A stretch of 64,000 nucleotides of DNA from Elephas maximus (taxonomy: Eukaryota): positions 46,311,680 through 46,375,679 of the forward strand of contig NC_064841.1 in assembly GCF_024166365.1 (NCBI RefSeq), written 5' to 3'. Position 1 is the first letter of the stretch; every line of letters begins with the position of its first letter. The notes under the pieces are model-generated. The model was not told where the DNA came from and ran no database searches. It saw only the letters and a program-made list of their open reading frames with translations. Shown here piece by piece: positions 13,285-26,291 of this stretch. The position numbers were made by a program, and so were the translations under genes.

Positions 13285-13712
13285 GCCATGGTGTTTTCAA
13301 TTGCCTTATATGCATGTGAAAGCTGGACGATGAATAAGGAAGACTGAAGAATTAATGCCTTAGGATTGTGGTGTTGGCAAAGAATATTGAATATACGATG
13401 GACTACCAAAAGAACATACAAATCTGTCTTGGAAAAAGTACAACCAGAATGCTCCTCGGGAGCAAAGATGGTGAGACTGTGTCTCACATACTTTGGACAT
13501 GCTATCAGGAGTGACCAGTCCCTGGAGAAGGACATCATGCTTGGTAAAGTAGTGGGTCAATGAAAAAGAGGAAGATCCTCAACGAGATTGATTGACACAA
13601 TGGCTGCAACACCAAGACTTGTGAGGATGGCCCTGGACCAGGCAGTGTTTCATTCTGTTGTGCGTAGGCTCACTATGAGTCGGAACCAACTCGACGGCAC
13701 CTAACAACAACT
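13285..13712 (+). mobile_element. RTE/BovB-like 3'-terminal fragment
   Basis: Translation ...CESWTMNKEDxRINAFGLWCWQRILNIRWTTKRT...MLGKVVGQ.KRGRSSTRLIDT matches the BovB/RTE ORF C-terminus. The tail is ...actatgagtcggaaccaactcgacggcacctaacaacaa. Confidence 0.8.
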
Positions 13713-13824
13713 TTATTACTGGAAATAGAGTCATTAGTGCCTTTAAGTCTAGCCAGACTTAAGAACCAATTCAGAAAACTCATTCTAAGTTTTTGTTCCT
13801 CTAGAGCCACTCTTGATACCAAAT

Positions 13825-14378
13825 ATCTTAGTCTGGGTTCTCTAGAGAAGCAAAACCAGTGACGTGTATATAAATACATGTATAGAGAAATTTACTTCAA
13901 GAAAATGGATCATAAAATTGTGAGGAAATGGCTCATGATACTGTGGGAGCTGGTAAGTCCAAATCAGTGGGTCAATCAACAAGCTGAAGACCTCTGATGG
14001 CTCACATGATTGCAGGAGCTGATGAACCCAAAATTGGCATGTCAGGCGGTAGGCTGGAGGCCTCTGTTGGGTCACAGGGTTGCAGGGTTGGCAAATCCAA
14101 AATTTGGAGGTCAGCAGCAGGCCAGAGACTTCTGCAGGTTTACGTTCCAACAACTGGAGGTCAGGCAAATAGAAGCATGCAGCATTGAGAAAGAAAGTGC
14201 ACTTTGCCAGAACATCAATTTATATACCAGAGGCAGGCCACACCCCCAAGGAAATTTTCCTTTCAACTGATTGGCTGCCCACATCAGATCTCAAAATGGA
14301 AGGTGATTAGATAGCATCTGCCAAACCACTGAGAATCATAGCTTAGCCATATTGACACCTAACATTAACCATCACAGT
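13825..14378 (+). mobile_element. ERVL-type (MLT2-like) solo LTR
   Basis: It begins tagtctgggttctctagagaagcaaaaccagtgacgtgtatataaatacatgtatagagaaatttacttcaag and ends ...ttgacacctaacattaaccatcacag. This is the characteristic start and end of MLT2/ERVL LTRs. Confidence 0.55.
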
Positions 14379-14636
14379 ACCCATGTGGCCATTTATCATT
14401 TCAAGCAAAATAAACAACCAGGTGCACTGCCCACTGAGAGGATTTCCCTTAACCACTGTTCTACAGAGAAATCTCAGAAAGTGGTCATAGTGCCATAGCT
14501 ATCCACTTTCAGGTGATGCTTGCGTATCACACAGAAACATCTGCAAACCAGGCTTGAGTTTTCTCTTCCTCAGTCAACTGATCTTAGGGAACTCCCCATG
14601 GGACAACAGGAGCAGTCTGGAAGACAGAAGGTATTA

Positions 14637-16731
14637 TGGATTGAATCATGTCTCTTAAAAATACATGTTTAAATCCTAATCCCCATACCCATAAATTTGA
14701 CCCTGTATTGAAATAGGGGCTTTCTTTTGTTACGTTAATGAGGTCACAGGAAGGATTTTCCCCTAGAGCCACATCCAGAACTTGGACTTCTAGCCTCCTG
14801 AACTGTAGAAAATAAATTTCTGTTCTTTAAAGCCACCCACTTCCAGTATTTGTGTTAGGGCAGCACTAAGTAACTGAGGCAATTTTGGTACCTAGAAGTG
14901 GGATGCTGCTCTAACAATTACCTAAAATGTGGAAAAGACTTAGGTAATGGATACGGGCTGGAGGAATTTTGATATGCTTGATAGTAAGACCATAGATTTT
15001 CTTGAAAATACTGTTGGTAAAATTATGGACAGTAAGGGTGATTCTGATGAGGGCTTAGAAAGAACGGGAGGAAGCTTCTATTATCATAAACTGAATGTTG
15101 CTTGAAATGTGGATGCTAAATATGATGTTGGTGAGGCTTTAAAAGGAAATAATGAGCATGTTACAGGACACTAGATTAAAGGTAGTCCTTGATATAAAGT
15201 GGCAAAGAACTTGTCTTAATTATGTTTGAATGTTTTGTGGAAAGTAGAACTTGTAAGTGATGAAATTGGATATTTGGTGAGGAAATTTCTAAGGAAGATT
15301 TCAAGGAGGCAGTGTAGTTTCTCCTTTTTCCTTATAGTAAAATGTAGGAAGAGATTTAGAAATCAACTGTGCAAAAAGTAACCAGATCGTAAAGATCTGG
15401 AAAATCCTATTGTAAAAACTAAGAAAGCATGCTCTAGAAATGACATCAAGTGCACGGCCACACAATCTTATGCTAAAAAGATTAGGCCTGTGACTGATGG
15501 ATGTAACCAACAACCTCAGCAGATACTCTGTCAGCTTAGACTAAAAGGGACAGAGACAGGACAACATGAAGAAAAACTATCTGCCTCTTGAAATTCTACA
15601 GGCAGTAAATGGGCCAATTGAACTACTTGGTTGTACGAACACCTGTTGTCCTCCAAGAAAAGGAAGGCAGGAGAGTTCAGAGACCAGAAGAAATGTCTGA
15701 AGGAGCATGACAGGTTGGGCTCATACTTCTTCAGTTCCTGAGGGTGAAGCTAACCTCTATGAGGTTTCAAAGAGTAGGGTTACTACTTAGGTTTCAAAGA
15801 GCAGGGTCACTGCCAACTTGGTTCCAGAGGGTGGGCTGCTGTTCTAGTGGGTCAGGAGAATGGGGCTGCCCAAAGATGAGGGGGTGGGACCACCATCCCA
15901 GTGGGGTTGGAAAGTCAGGCTGATCCCCAGAGGGATGGGGTCTCTACTCAGAATCCAGAAAGCCCAGAGTCCAGAGGGTGGGGCCATTGTCCATATGTGC
16001 CTGGAAAACAGGAGACTATTTTCAAGCAAAAATTTTCCCTCCAATATCTCCCTTTTGGAATGAGAATGTCTGCCTTATACAGTCACCATTGTACTTTGGG
16101 AACACATGATTTGTATTCCAGGTTTCACAAGTCCCAAAATGAAAACAAATTTTGTACCAGGATGAAGCACATGTAGAGTCTTACCCACATTTAATTTAGA
16201 TGATCCAAAAAATGAGATTTTGGACTTAGAGCTGATGCTGGAATGGGTTAAGACTGCTAGGGATGATGATAGGGTGAATGTGTTTTGCATGTTAGAAAGA
16301 CATGAATTTGGGGGGACAAAGGTGGAATGTTATAGATTAAATTGTGTTTCCCCCAAAATATGTGCTGAAATCTTAACCCCTGTACCTATAATTATGACCC
16401 TGTTTGGAAACATACGTTTTCTTTTGTTATATCAATGAGATCATATCAGAGTGGGGTGGATTCTACACCTGTGTTACAAAAAAGCAGAAAAGACACAGAC
16501 ACATAGGAGAGAGAGGAAGACAGATGATGGAGACAGATGTATTTATCAGCCCAGGAATGGCAAAGATTTTTGGCAGTTACTCGAAGCTGAAATAGACAAG
16601 GAAGGTCTCCTCCTATAGCCACACGCTGAATTCACACTTTTACCGTCTTAACTGTGAGAAAATAAATTTCTGTACCTTAAAACCACCCACTTGTGATGTT
16701 TGTGTTATAGTAGCACTAGGTAACTAAGGCA
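14637..16731 (+). mobile_element. MaLR-like (THE1/MST-type) LTR retroelement: 5' LTR 14637-14881, non-coding internal region, 3' LTR 16329-16731
   Basis: Both LTRs start tggattgaat/tatagattaaattgtgtttcccccaaaa...taatcccc and end ...ctgtgagaaaataaatttctgt(t/a)c(t)ttaaa(g)ccacccact...gtgttagggcagcactaagtaactgaggca. The ~1.45 kb internal region has no ORF, as in MaLRs. Confidence 0.65.
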
Positions 16732-17139
16732 TTTATTAAAAGTTTTCAGATAAAAAAATGTAAAGTTTGCAGACAAGCATTTTTCCTACACTGTCAGTAA
16801 AAACTGCACTTTCCCATGTCATAATTTATTATTGCTCTTCTTTGATACATTAAGTATAAAGGAAGAGACCACGCAAAATAACTATAACTAAAAAAAAAAT
16901 GCCTTGCCAGGTTGAAATCTAGGGATTATTTTAATAATTTATCTTGACACTATCACAAAAATGCTGGTTTACTATCTACAATAACAGTGAAATTTTGGTT
17001 TTCTGATTTGAAAAATTGAGGCAATAATTACAAATTTATAGATTATGGAGAAGATTAGGGAATATATGTGTGCATGGAAATTTCTCCAAACTGAGTTTAA
17101 GAAAGAGTAGGAGTGAAGAAGAAGCAAAATTATCTCTAT

Positions 17140-19012
17140 TTGTGTATGATGTGATCCCAAACAGTCCACAAGAAAACTTCTAGAGCTAATAGAGGAACTT
17201 AGCAACGTTGTAGCGTACAAGATAAACAAAGATCAGTTGGGTTTCTATACACCAGCAGTGAGAAATCTGAAAGGGAAATTAGAGACACAATTCCATTTAC
17301 AATATCATTGAAGAGAATAAAATACTTAGGAATAAATCTAACCTGGGACACAAAGGACTTAAGCAACAAAAAGTTTAAAACACTGCTGAAAGAGATTAAA
17401 GAAGACTTAAATGGAAAGATGTTCCATGTTCATGGAATGGGAGATGTAATATTGTTAAGATGTCAATACTACCCAAAGCGACCCATAGATATAACATAAT
17501 TCCAATCAAAATTCCAACAACCTTCTTTACAGAAATAGAAAAAAGAATTCTTCACTTTATGTGGAATGGCAAGAGGCCCCAGATAGCTAAAACAATGTTG
17601 AAAGAGAACAAAGTAGGAGGACTCATACTTCCTGATTTTAAAATATACTATACAGCTGCAGTAATCAAAACAGGCTGGTATTGGTACAAAAATGGACAAA
17701 TAGATCAATGGAATAAAATCGACAGTCTAGAAATAAACCCAGACATCTATGATCAACTGATTTTTTAAAAGAGTACTAAGTCCATTCGATGGGGAAAGAA
17801 GAGTCTCTTCAATAAATGGTGCTGGGAAAACTGGCAGAAAAAATGAAACAGGATCCATGCCTCATACCATACACAAAAAACAAATTCAAATTGGATTGAG
17901 GACCTAAATGTGCAAACTAAAACCAAAAAACTCTTAGAAGAAAAAACAGGGGCAATGCTGTCAGGCTTAGTTTTTGACAAGGGATTATAAAATATAATAA
18001 CAAAGTTCAAACAGCAAAATACAAGATAAATATATGGGACTTCATAAAAAGTTTAAAAACTTTTTTTCATCAAAAGACTTTACAAAAAAAGTGAAAAAGA
18101 CAAGCTACCATCTGGGAGAATATCTTCAGAAATCAAGACAAGAATCTAATAATCAAAATATATATAAAACATTGACAACTTGACAACAAAAAGACAAATA
18201 ACACAATCATAAAAATGGGAAAAGGACTTGAATAGACAGTTCACCAAAGAGGACATTCAAATGGCCACCAAAAACTTGAAAAGATGCTCAGTGTCTTCAG
18301 CCATCAGAGAGATGCAAATCAAAACCACGATGACATACCGTTTCACTCCCACTAGGATAACTAAGATAAAAAAAAAAAATGTTGTCAAAGATATGAGGAA
18401 ACTGGAAATCTTACCCATTGCTGGTGGAAATGCATAATGGTACAGCCAATGTGGAAAACGGTGTGGTGGTTTCTCAAAAAACTAAATATACAACTACCAT
18501 ATGACCCAGGAATTCCATTCCTAGGAATATATCCAAGAGAATTGAAAGCAGAGACTCAAAAAGAGACTTGTACTCCTATGTTCATGCCAGCACTATTCAC
18601 AATAGCCCAAAGTGGAAACAACCTTAGTGCCCAATAACAGACTAATGTGGTACATACATAAAGTGGAACACTACTCAGCCCTTAGGAGAAATGAAGTCTT
18701 GGTTCATGCTACAGTATGGATGGAGCTTGAAGACATTACGCTGAGTGAAATAAGCCAATCACAAAAGGCATTACCTCACTTACATAAAAATACAAGAAAA
18801 GGCAAATGTACAGACAACAAAGATTATTAGTGGTTACCAGGGGTGGGAAGAATGGGAAAAAGGGGGTTTAACGGTGATGGAAATATTGGATTGATTAGGG
18901 GTATTGCACAGTCGATGATTGTAATTGCTGTCAATAAATCGTACACCTGTAAAAGCTGAATTGGCAAAGGTGTGCGATAGATATATTTACAACTACAAAA
19001 AAAAAAAAAGAG
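17140..19012 (+). mobile_element. Old L1, 3' portion: ORF2 C-terminal third, short 3'UTR, poly-A
   Basis: ORFs 17308-17499, 17460-17768, 18228-18437 and 18437-18637 are the L1 ORF2 C-terminus ([15 protein letters not shown]...[13 protein letters not shown]...[16 protein letters not shown]...). The 3'UTR is attagtggttaccaggggtgggaagaatggg...aaatcgtacacctgtaaaagctgaattg and A13 ends at 19012. Confidence 0.8.
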
Positions 19013-21539
19013 TATCTGCTGAGTCTGCTTATGTACAACCAAACACCTCATGGGATTTGGTTAATTGGTTTGGAGATTTAGAGTCATGATTACATGGGAC
19101 ATCCCAATTATTGGCCTATTTTTTAGTATGTTTAGTGGTTCTGTTCTACCTCCTATTTCATTGCATAGTGCCTGGGTCTTAAAAACTTGCAAGCAGCCAT
19201 CCAAGTAACAGAAATGGGTCTCTATTTACCTGGAGCAATTAGAAGAGAGTCAGGAATAGGAGAATATGGAATGGGTGGCTAATCACCTCCATGAACAACT
19301 ACCTCCTTTGTCATGAGACCAGAACTGAATTTTGCCCAGATACCTTTACTGAATATTTTGTTCAAATATGCCATAGAAGATGAGGGACGGGGAAATGTAG
19401 ACCAGAATTTCAAATTATCATAGACTCCAGACTTCCTGGGGCCATGAAGTTTGGATGAACCCCTGAAATTACTGCCCGGATACAATCTTTAAATTTTAAA
19501 CCCAAAAATACCCCTTGAAGCTTTCTTAAAACTAAACAACAGTTTAGCTTAACTAGTTAAAAAAAAAAAAAAAAAAAAGCCTGCCTTAAGCATTATGCTC
19601 TTTTAAGAACTATCTATATTGGATCAAGTTGACAACAGCAGCTCGAAAGATTAGTTAGGAACCTGAGGGAGCAGTGAGTTTATGTTAATGATGGAAGAAA
19701 AACTCAGGAAATGAGGGTGAGGATGGTTGCACAGCTTGAAGAATGTAATCAATGTCACTAAACTGTACATGTAGAAACTGTTGAGTTCGTGTATGTTTTG
19801 CTGTGCATATTCTCAACAACAAAGTAAATAAAATTAAGTGAAAAAAATACACAAAATATCACCACCACTGGATCAAATATTTGTGAGAGACAAGGCTCTG
19901 GGTGGTTGTGTATTTGATACTTTTCAACATTTTTTTCAAACTGAGAAATATAATGAAGTTGGCTAGTTGGTCCTACTTTTGCTAGACAAAGTGAAGAAAG
20001 TAAAGGATGAGCTCAGCGCTCCAGAGCCCCAGCTCAAGCAACACATAAAAGATCTGAAAGTTGCTGTTTGTGCCCTGAAAGGAAGCCTTATTTCTTGTAG
20101 TAACAGAGTTCATATTGCTGAAAACCAAACCCAGAGTCTTATTCTAAGAGTGGCTGAATTATAACAACTGAATTCTCAGCCTCGAGTGGTGTCTGAAGTT
20201 AAAGTGAGGGATTGATTGGGAAAAAACAAGATCCTGAAACTTGGTGGGGGGAGGGACATATGGGCAGGTAATCTTGAAGCTGAGGACATTGAGCCCCTGA
20301 ATTCTGTTGAATCACCCCTGCCAACAGAACCTATCCTCTCACTCCCATTGAAGAGATTGCTCCAGTGAAGCCACCTTCCCCAGTAAAACCATTCCTTCCA
20401 CCCCATCTGATGAGATGTGTCTGAAGAGTCCTTGCCTGGGGCATTGCCTGAGGCAAATGCCTTGCAAGACATTGCTGAATTTCCTCACGATTCACCCCCA
20501 CCACCCATTTTTGCTTCTAGACATATAACTAGACTTAATTCTCAGCGAGTTCCAAGAGGTGAAATACAAAGTGTAACACATGAGGAGGGAAGCTGCACTT
20601 CAAAAGAACTACTTGATTTTTCTAATATATACAAACAGAAACCTGGGGAGTATGTGTGGGAATGGCTATTAAGGGTGTAGGATAATGATGCAACAAAGTT
20701 GGATCAGTCTGAGTTTATCAATATGGGTCCACTAAGCAGATATTCTTCATTCAGCCTGAGAGGTTAGAAATGGATCTAATAGTTTATATGGTTTATTGAC
20801 TGAAACACAGACCAAGAGGTGGCCTGCACTAAATGAAATTGAAATGTCATAACTGCTTGGTATACTGTAGATAGTGATAGACAAAGGTTTAGAGAAATTG
20901 GACTGTTAGAGTGAATTTATCATGTTGGACTCACAGAGCCACCCAAGAAGTGCCCAGAAGACATCACAGGCTGTGTGCACACAGTTGTGAGGAATTTGTG
21001 AAGGGAGCACCAGCATCCTTCAAGACTGCTGTGATTGCTTTCCTATGTAGGTCAGATATTACAGTGGGAAGTGCCCTAACTGAATTAAGACACCTAAATA
21101 CAACGGGGGTGACTGGATCCCAGGATGGAGGGGCTAAGAGATGGCATCTAATTGCCAAAGACAAGGTGGGCATGGTTATTGTAATGGACAGCAAAGTCAA
21201 ATCAGTAATCCGAATAGTCTGACTTGTATGGACTTATAGCATTGGTTGCTTAGTCATGGTGTTCCAAGGAGTGAAATAGATATGAAACTTACTAAAAAGT
21301 TACTTGACCTGTAGAAGCAGAAGAATTCTAGGTCAAGTGAATGGCAGTCTAACTTGAATCACCAAAATAGAGAGTCAAGTCCCCTCAGTCAATTCCCAGA
21401 CTTGAGCCAGTTTACAGACCCACAACCCCTTAAATGATAGGGAAGCCAGGTCCCCTTGAGGAAGGACCCCTCTACACTGTCAAAAACTTATACTGTTAAT
21501 CTCCTCCCAGTATTCCCCAAAGGGATCTATGACCTTTTA

Positions 21540-21850
21540 CAAGACTAACTGTTCATTGGGGAAAAGGAAATAATCAGATTTTTCAGGGGTTACTGGACAC
21601 TGGCTCTGAACTGACACTAGACACTAATTCCAGCAGACCCAAAATGTCATTGTGGCCCACCAGTCAGAGTAAGGGCATATGGAGGTCAGGTAATTAATGG
21701 AGTCTTATCTCAGATCTCACGGTGGATTCCAAACCCATCCTGTAGTGATTCCCCCAGTTCCAGGATCCATAATTGGAATAGACATACTCAACTGGCAGAA
21801 TCCCCATGTTGGATCCCTGACATGTAAAGTAAGGGCTATTATGGTAGGAA
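21540..21850 (+). pseudogene. Retroviral aspartic protease remnant
   Basis: GLLDTGSELTLD (21588-21620) is the active-site D(T/S)G motif. A flap-like ...PPVRVRAYGGQVINGV lies in another frame (~21640-21720), so a frameshift separates them. Confidence 0.6.
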
Positions 21851-21857
21851 AGGCCAA

Positions 21858-22967
21858 GTGAAAGCAATTAGAACGTCCCATGCCTTGGAAAATAGTAAGC
21901 CAAAACCAATGCCACAGTCCTGGAGGGATTGTAGAGATTACTGCCACCATCAAGGACTTGAAGGATGCAGTGGTAGTGATTCCCCCCACACTCCCTTTCC
22001 TATCTGGCCTGTGAAGAAAACAAATGGATCTTGGAGAATGACAGTGGATTATCATAAATGTAACCAGGTGGTGACTCCAATTTCAGCTGCTGTTCCAGAT
22101 GTGGTTTCATTGCTTGCAGAAATTAATTTATCTCCCTGTACCTGGAATGCAGCTATTGATCTGGCCAATGCCTTTTTCTCCATACCTGTTTCTAAAGCAC
22201 ATCAGAGACAGTTTGTCTTCAGCTGGCAAGGCCAGCAGTACACCTTCACTGTTCTAATTTTGGGGTGTATCAACTCTCCAGCCCTATGTCATAATTTAGT
22301 CCACAAGGACCTTGATCGCCTTTCGTTTCTACAACACGTCATACTGGCCCATTACACTGGTGACATTATGCTGATTAGACCTAGTAAGTAAGAGGTATCA
22401 ATGACTCTAGACTTATTGGTAAAACATTTGTGTGCTAGAGGGTGGGAAATTAACCCCCCAAAAATTCAGGTGCCTTCTACCTCAGTGAAATTTCTAGGGG
22501 TCTGGTGGTATGGGACGAGTTTAGATATTCCTTCTAAAGTGAAGGATAAGTTGTTGCATATGGTCACTCTTACAACTAAAAATGAGGCACAATGCCTGGC
22601 AGGCCTCTTTGGATTTTGGAGGCAACATGTCCTTCATTCAGGTGTGTTACTCTCATCTATTTATCAAAAACAGACAAAAGCTGCTAGTTCTGAATGAGGC
22701 CCAGAACAAGAGAAGGCTCTGCAACAGGTCCAGACTGCTATGCAAGCTGCCCTGCCACTTAGGCCATATGACCCAGCTGATCCAACGATTCTTGAAGTGT
22801 CAGTGGCAGATAGAGATGCTGTTTGGAGTCTTTGGCAGGCCCCTATTAGTGAATCACAGTGCAGACCCTTAGGATTTTGGAGCAAAGTCCTGCCATCCTT
22901 TGCAGATAACTACTCTCCTTTTGACAAACAGCTTTTGGCTTGTTACTGGGTGTTGGTTGAGTCTTAA
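21858..22967 (+). pseudogene. Retroviral reverse transcriptase remnant
   Basis: ORF 21858-22391 ...WRMTVDYHKCNQVVTPISAAVPDVVSLLAEI...AIDLANAFFSIPV...FVFSWQGQQYTFTVLILGCINSPALCHNLVHKDL...HYTGDIMLI covers RT motifs A-C, with YxDD degraded to YTGD. ORFs 22401-22697 and 22740-22967 continue into the thumb/connection. Confidence 0.75.
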
Positions 22968-23249
22968 TGCTTAACCATGGGCCATGAAGTTACCATGCAA
23001 CATGAGCTGCCCATCATGAAGTGGTTGTTGTCTGATCCACAGAGTTATAAAGTTGGGTGTGCACAGCAGCATTCCATCATTAACTGGAAATGGTATATAT
23101 GAGATCAGGCTCGAGCAGGACCTGAAAGCACAAGTAAGTTATTACATGAGGAAGTGGCCCAAATGCCCATGGCCTCCACTCCTGTCACATTACCTTCCTT
23201 CTCCCAGACTGCACTTATGACCTCATGATCAATTGACTGAGGAAGAGAA

Positions 23250-23600
23250 AATTCGTGCCTGTTTACAGATGGTTTAGCACGATATGCAGGCACCATTTGA
23301 AAGTGGGCAGCAGTAGCACTGCAGCCCCAGGACTTCCTTAAAGTACAGGGGTGAAGAGAAATTCTCCTAGTGGGCAGAACTTCAAGCAGGGCACCTGGTT
23401 GTTCACTTTGATTGGAAGGAGAAATGGCCAGATGTGCTACTGTATCCTGATTCATGGGCTGTGGCTAACGGTTTGGCTGGATGGTCAGGGACTAGGAAGG
23501 AACATGACTGGAAAATTGGTGACAATAGGATCATCACAGGAAAGTCAGAGAAAAATACCCCTGAACATCTAGCAGGGGGAGGGCGAAAGTAGCCATTTTT
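23250..23600 (+). pseudogene. Retroviral RNase H-like remnant
   Basis: A frame gives ...AELQAGHLVVHFDWKEKWPDVLLYPDSWAVANGLAGWSG..., which is RNase H-like. The element then decays into A-rich sequence. Confidence 0.45.
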
Positions 23601-23835
23601 AAAATTGCCCAGAGCTCTCTATTCTTCATTTTTTCCTCCTAATGAAGGCAAGGCAGCAAGTCAAGAGCTTTCAAGGGAAACTACTGTACCAAAACCTTAT
23701 CTGACCTGGAGGGGAAGGGTAATTGGAAAACTTCAGCCACCTCAAACCTTACTGTCTCACGTGAGGGGAGGAGAAAAAAAAAAAACAGCTTAAAGAAACT
23801 CCTCAGAAGGTCACAGCTCAAAGACCCTGGCCCAC

Positions 23836-23861
23836 AAAAAAAAAAAAAAAAAAAAAAAAAC
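23836..23861. repeat. Poly(A) tract (A~26); a second A12 tract lies at 23770-23782
   Basis: Homopolymer seen directly. Confidence 0.9.
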
Positions 23862-24496
23862 CAGAAGAAAGAATAGAGAATGCTTCCTTTCCCCAATACC
23901 TTACTGGTGCATTGAAAAGGCACCAGGATAATAACACTGGATTACAGTGGAGAAAGCTGAAAGTCACAGACTCTATTTAAAAAGGAGTTTCTAGAGAAAC
24001 CCAAATATAACCAGGAAGACAAAAACAAAGATACCAGAGGAAACTTTTAGGTTCTGATGACACAGTTATAGCAAACAGTAAATACAACCTAACTTCCAGC
24101 CAGATAAACATAAAATCTCACATTACTTACCCCAGTTCCTATTATCAGACACACCTGTCAGGCTTTCAGCAAAAAATTACAAGGCATGCTAAAAGCTCCC
24201 CCCCCCCCAAAAGAAACACAATCTGAAGATACAAATATCAGAACCAGACTCAGATATGGTAGGTATTTTGGATCACACAAGGAATACTAAAAATACTGCA
24301 CACTTGGGGTCATCATGAGTCATAATTTACTTGATACCAACAGACAACAGCATAATTAATTAATATGGTGAGAGCTCTAATGGAAAAAGTGGGCAACATC
24401 TAAGATGGGTAATGTAAGCAGAAATGGAAATTCTGAGAAAGAATAAAAAGAAAGTGCTAGCCCAAAAGAATTGAAAACAGGTACTCAAAAAGCATA

Positions 24497-24967
24497 TGTA
24501 CACATTACACATTTATAGCAGCACTACTCATAATAGCCAAAAGATGGAAATAGCCTAAATGTCTATCAAAAGATGAATGGATAAACAAATTGTGGCATAT
24601 GCATACATATAATATTGTGCAGCCATAAAAGGGAATGAAGTACTGATACATGCTAAAATGTGGATGAACATTCATATTATTCAAATGACACATATTATAT
24701 TACTCCATTTATATGAAATATCCAGAATAGATAAATCCATTGAGACAGAATGCAGGTAGGTGGTTGTCAGGGTGGTGGGAGGGTGGGAAGAGGTGGAAGA
24801 ACGTGCCTGATAGGAAAGGGGTTTTACTTTGGAATGGTGGATAAGCTTCGAAACTAGACAAAGGCAGTGACTGCACATTATAAATGTACTAAATGCCATT
24901 GATTGTTAAATTCAAGAGTTTATTTTGTATCATATCTAAAAATATCACATCTCTAACAGTTAAAAAA
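24497..24967 (+). mobile_element. Old L1 3'-end fragment
   Basis: cacatttatagcagcactactcataatagccaaaagatggaaatagcctaaatgtctatcaaaagatgaatggataaacaaattgtggcatat is the L1 ORF2 C-terminus (FIAALFTIAK...W..KMWYI). It ends ...ctaaaaatatcacatctctaacagttaaaaaaa. Confidence 0.7.
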
Positions 24968-25235
24968 ATTTCACTCTTATGTAATTTTTACCTCAAAAAA
25001 ACCATAGTATCGAACTCTAGTTCATATACTGAAGTGTTCAGTTGTGAAATGTTCTTATGTCTAAAACTTACTTTGAAATGCATCCAAAAATAAAATGGAT
25101 TGGCAGATGGATAAAGGACGGTTACATGGATAGATAAAGCTGGTATAGCAAAATGTTAATTCTAAAATCTAGGTGGGGATAAATGGTTGTTCATGGTATA
25201 ATTCTTTCAATTTTTCTATATGATTGAAAGTTTTC

Positions 25236-25935
25236 AGAATTAAATGCGAGGGGAATAAAACGGAAATGCTAGAAATCAAGAACGATGTAACAGAAATGAA
25301 AAATGACTTTGTGGGTTCATCAGTAGATTGGAAACAGCTGAGAAGAGCATCGGTGAACTTGGAGATACGTCAACAGAAACTTCAAAGAGAAAAAAGATGT
25401 GGGGAAAAAAAAAATACCTAAGAACTGTGGGACAATTTTAAAAGCTGTAACATATGCAAAAAGGAAATATGAGAACGAAAAGAGAAAATAGTTAAAGTAA
25501 TAATGGCTGAGAATTTTCCAAAATTAATGATAGACACCATACCACAGATCCAGGAAGCTCACAGAAGACCAAGCAGGATAAATAAGAAAAAACACACACA
25601 CACACACAAACACGCACATCCCTAGGCACATCATATCCAAATTGCAGAAAACCAAATACAAACAGAAAATCTTAAAAGAAGCCAGGGGCTAGGTGGGGAG
25701 GAGAGGGAAGGAGAAATCATGCAATCAAGAAAAGAGCGGAGTAAAATATTTAAAATGTTGAAAGAACAACAAAACAAAAAACAGAATTCTGTATACAGTG
25801 AAATTATCCTTCAATAGTGAAGGAGAAATACTTACTCAAATAAAAAAATGAGGGAATTTGTCACCAGTAGACCTGCCTTGCAAGAAATGACAAGTTCTTC
25901 AGAGAGAATGAAGAAATGAAGGTAAAATAAGATCT
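25236..25935 (+). mobile_element. Ancient L1 ORF1 fragment
   Basis: ORF 25224-25421 MLEIKNDVTEMKNDFVGSSVDWKQLRRASVNLEIRQQKLQREKR, then ...MAENFPKLMIDTIPQIQEAHRRPSRINKKK... and ...REFVTSRPALQEM..., matching L1M-type ORF1. Confidence 0.6.
25591..25617. repeat. (CA)n-like microsatellite
   Basis: acacacacacacacacaaacacgcaca. Confidence 0.8.
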
Positions 25936-26162
25936 TTATTTTACTTATTCATATATGATCTAATAGATAACTGTTTGTTTAAATAATAATAAGGTGTTGG
26001 GTGTTTACAGCTAGTGGGTAAGTGCAATAAATAACAGCAATGGTATAAGGGATAGGAGAAATTGGAAATACTGTTATGAGGTAATTTTACTAGCTGTCGA
26101 GTGGTGTAGTTTTACTTGAAAAAGGTCTTTGATTGGTTGTAAATGAATATTGCAAACTCTAG

Positions 26163-26291
26163 GGTAACCATGACTCATAGTAACCCTATAGGACAGAGTA
26201 GAAATGCCCCACAGGATTCTCAAGGAGCAGGTGGTGGATTCAAACTTCGGTTAGCAGCTGCAGATCTTAACCACTGCACCACCAGGGCTCC
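26163..26291 (-). mobile_element. AfroSINE, partial
   Basis: Reverse complement ggagccctggtggtgcagtggttaagatctgcagctgctaaccgaagtttgaatccaccacctgctccttgagaatcctgtggggcatttctactctgtcctatagggttactatgagtcatggttaccc. Confidence 0.75.

Larger units (their letters stand above)
19950..23800 (+). mobile_element. Endogenous retrovirus internal region (degenerate gag-pro-pol); no LTR is clearly delimited and no ORF is intact
   Basis: The sequence order is a gag-like stretch with PPPPIF at ~20490, a protease motif, RT ORFs, RNase H-like ...DSWAVANGLAGWSG at ~23430, then A-rich truncation at 23770-23862. Confidence 0.8.
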
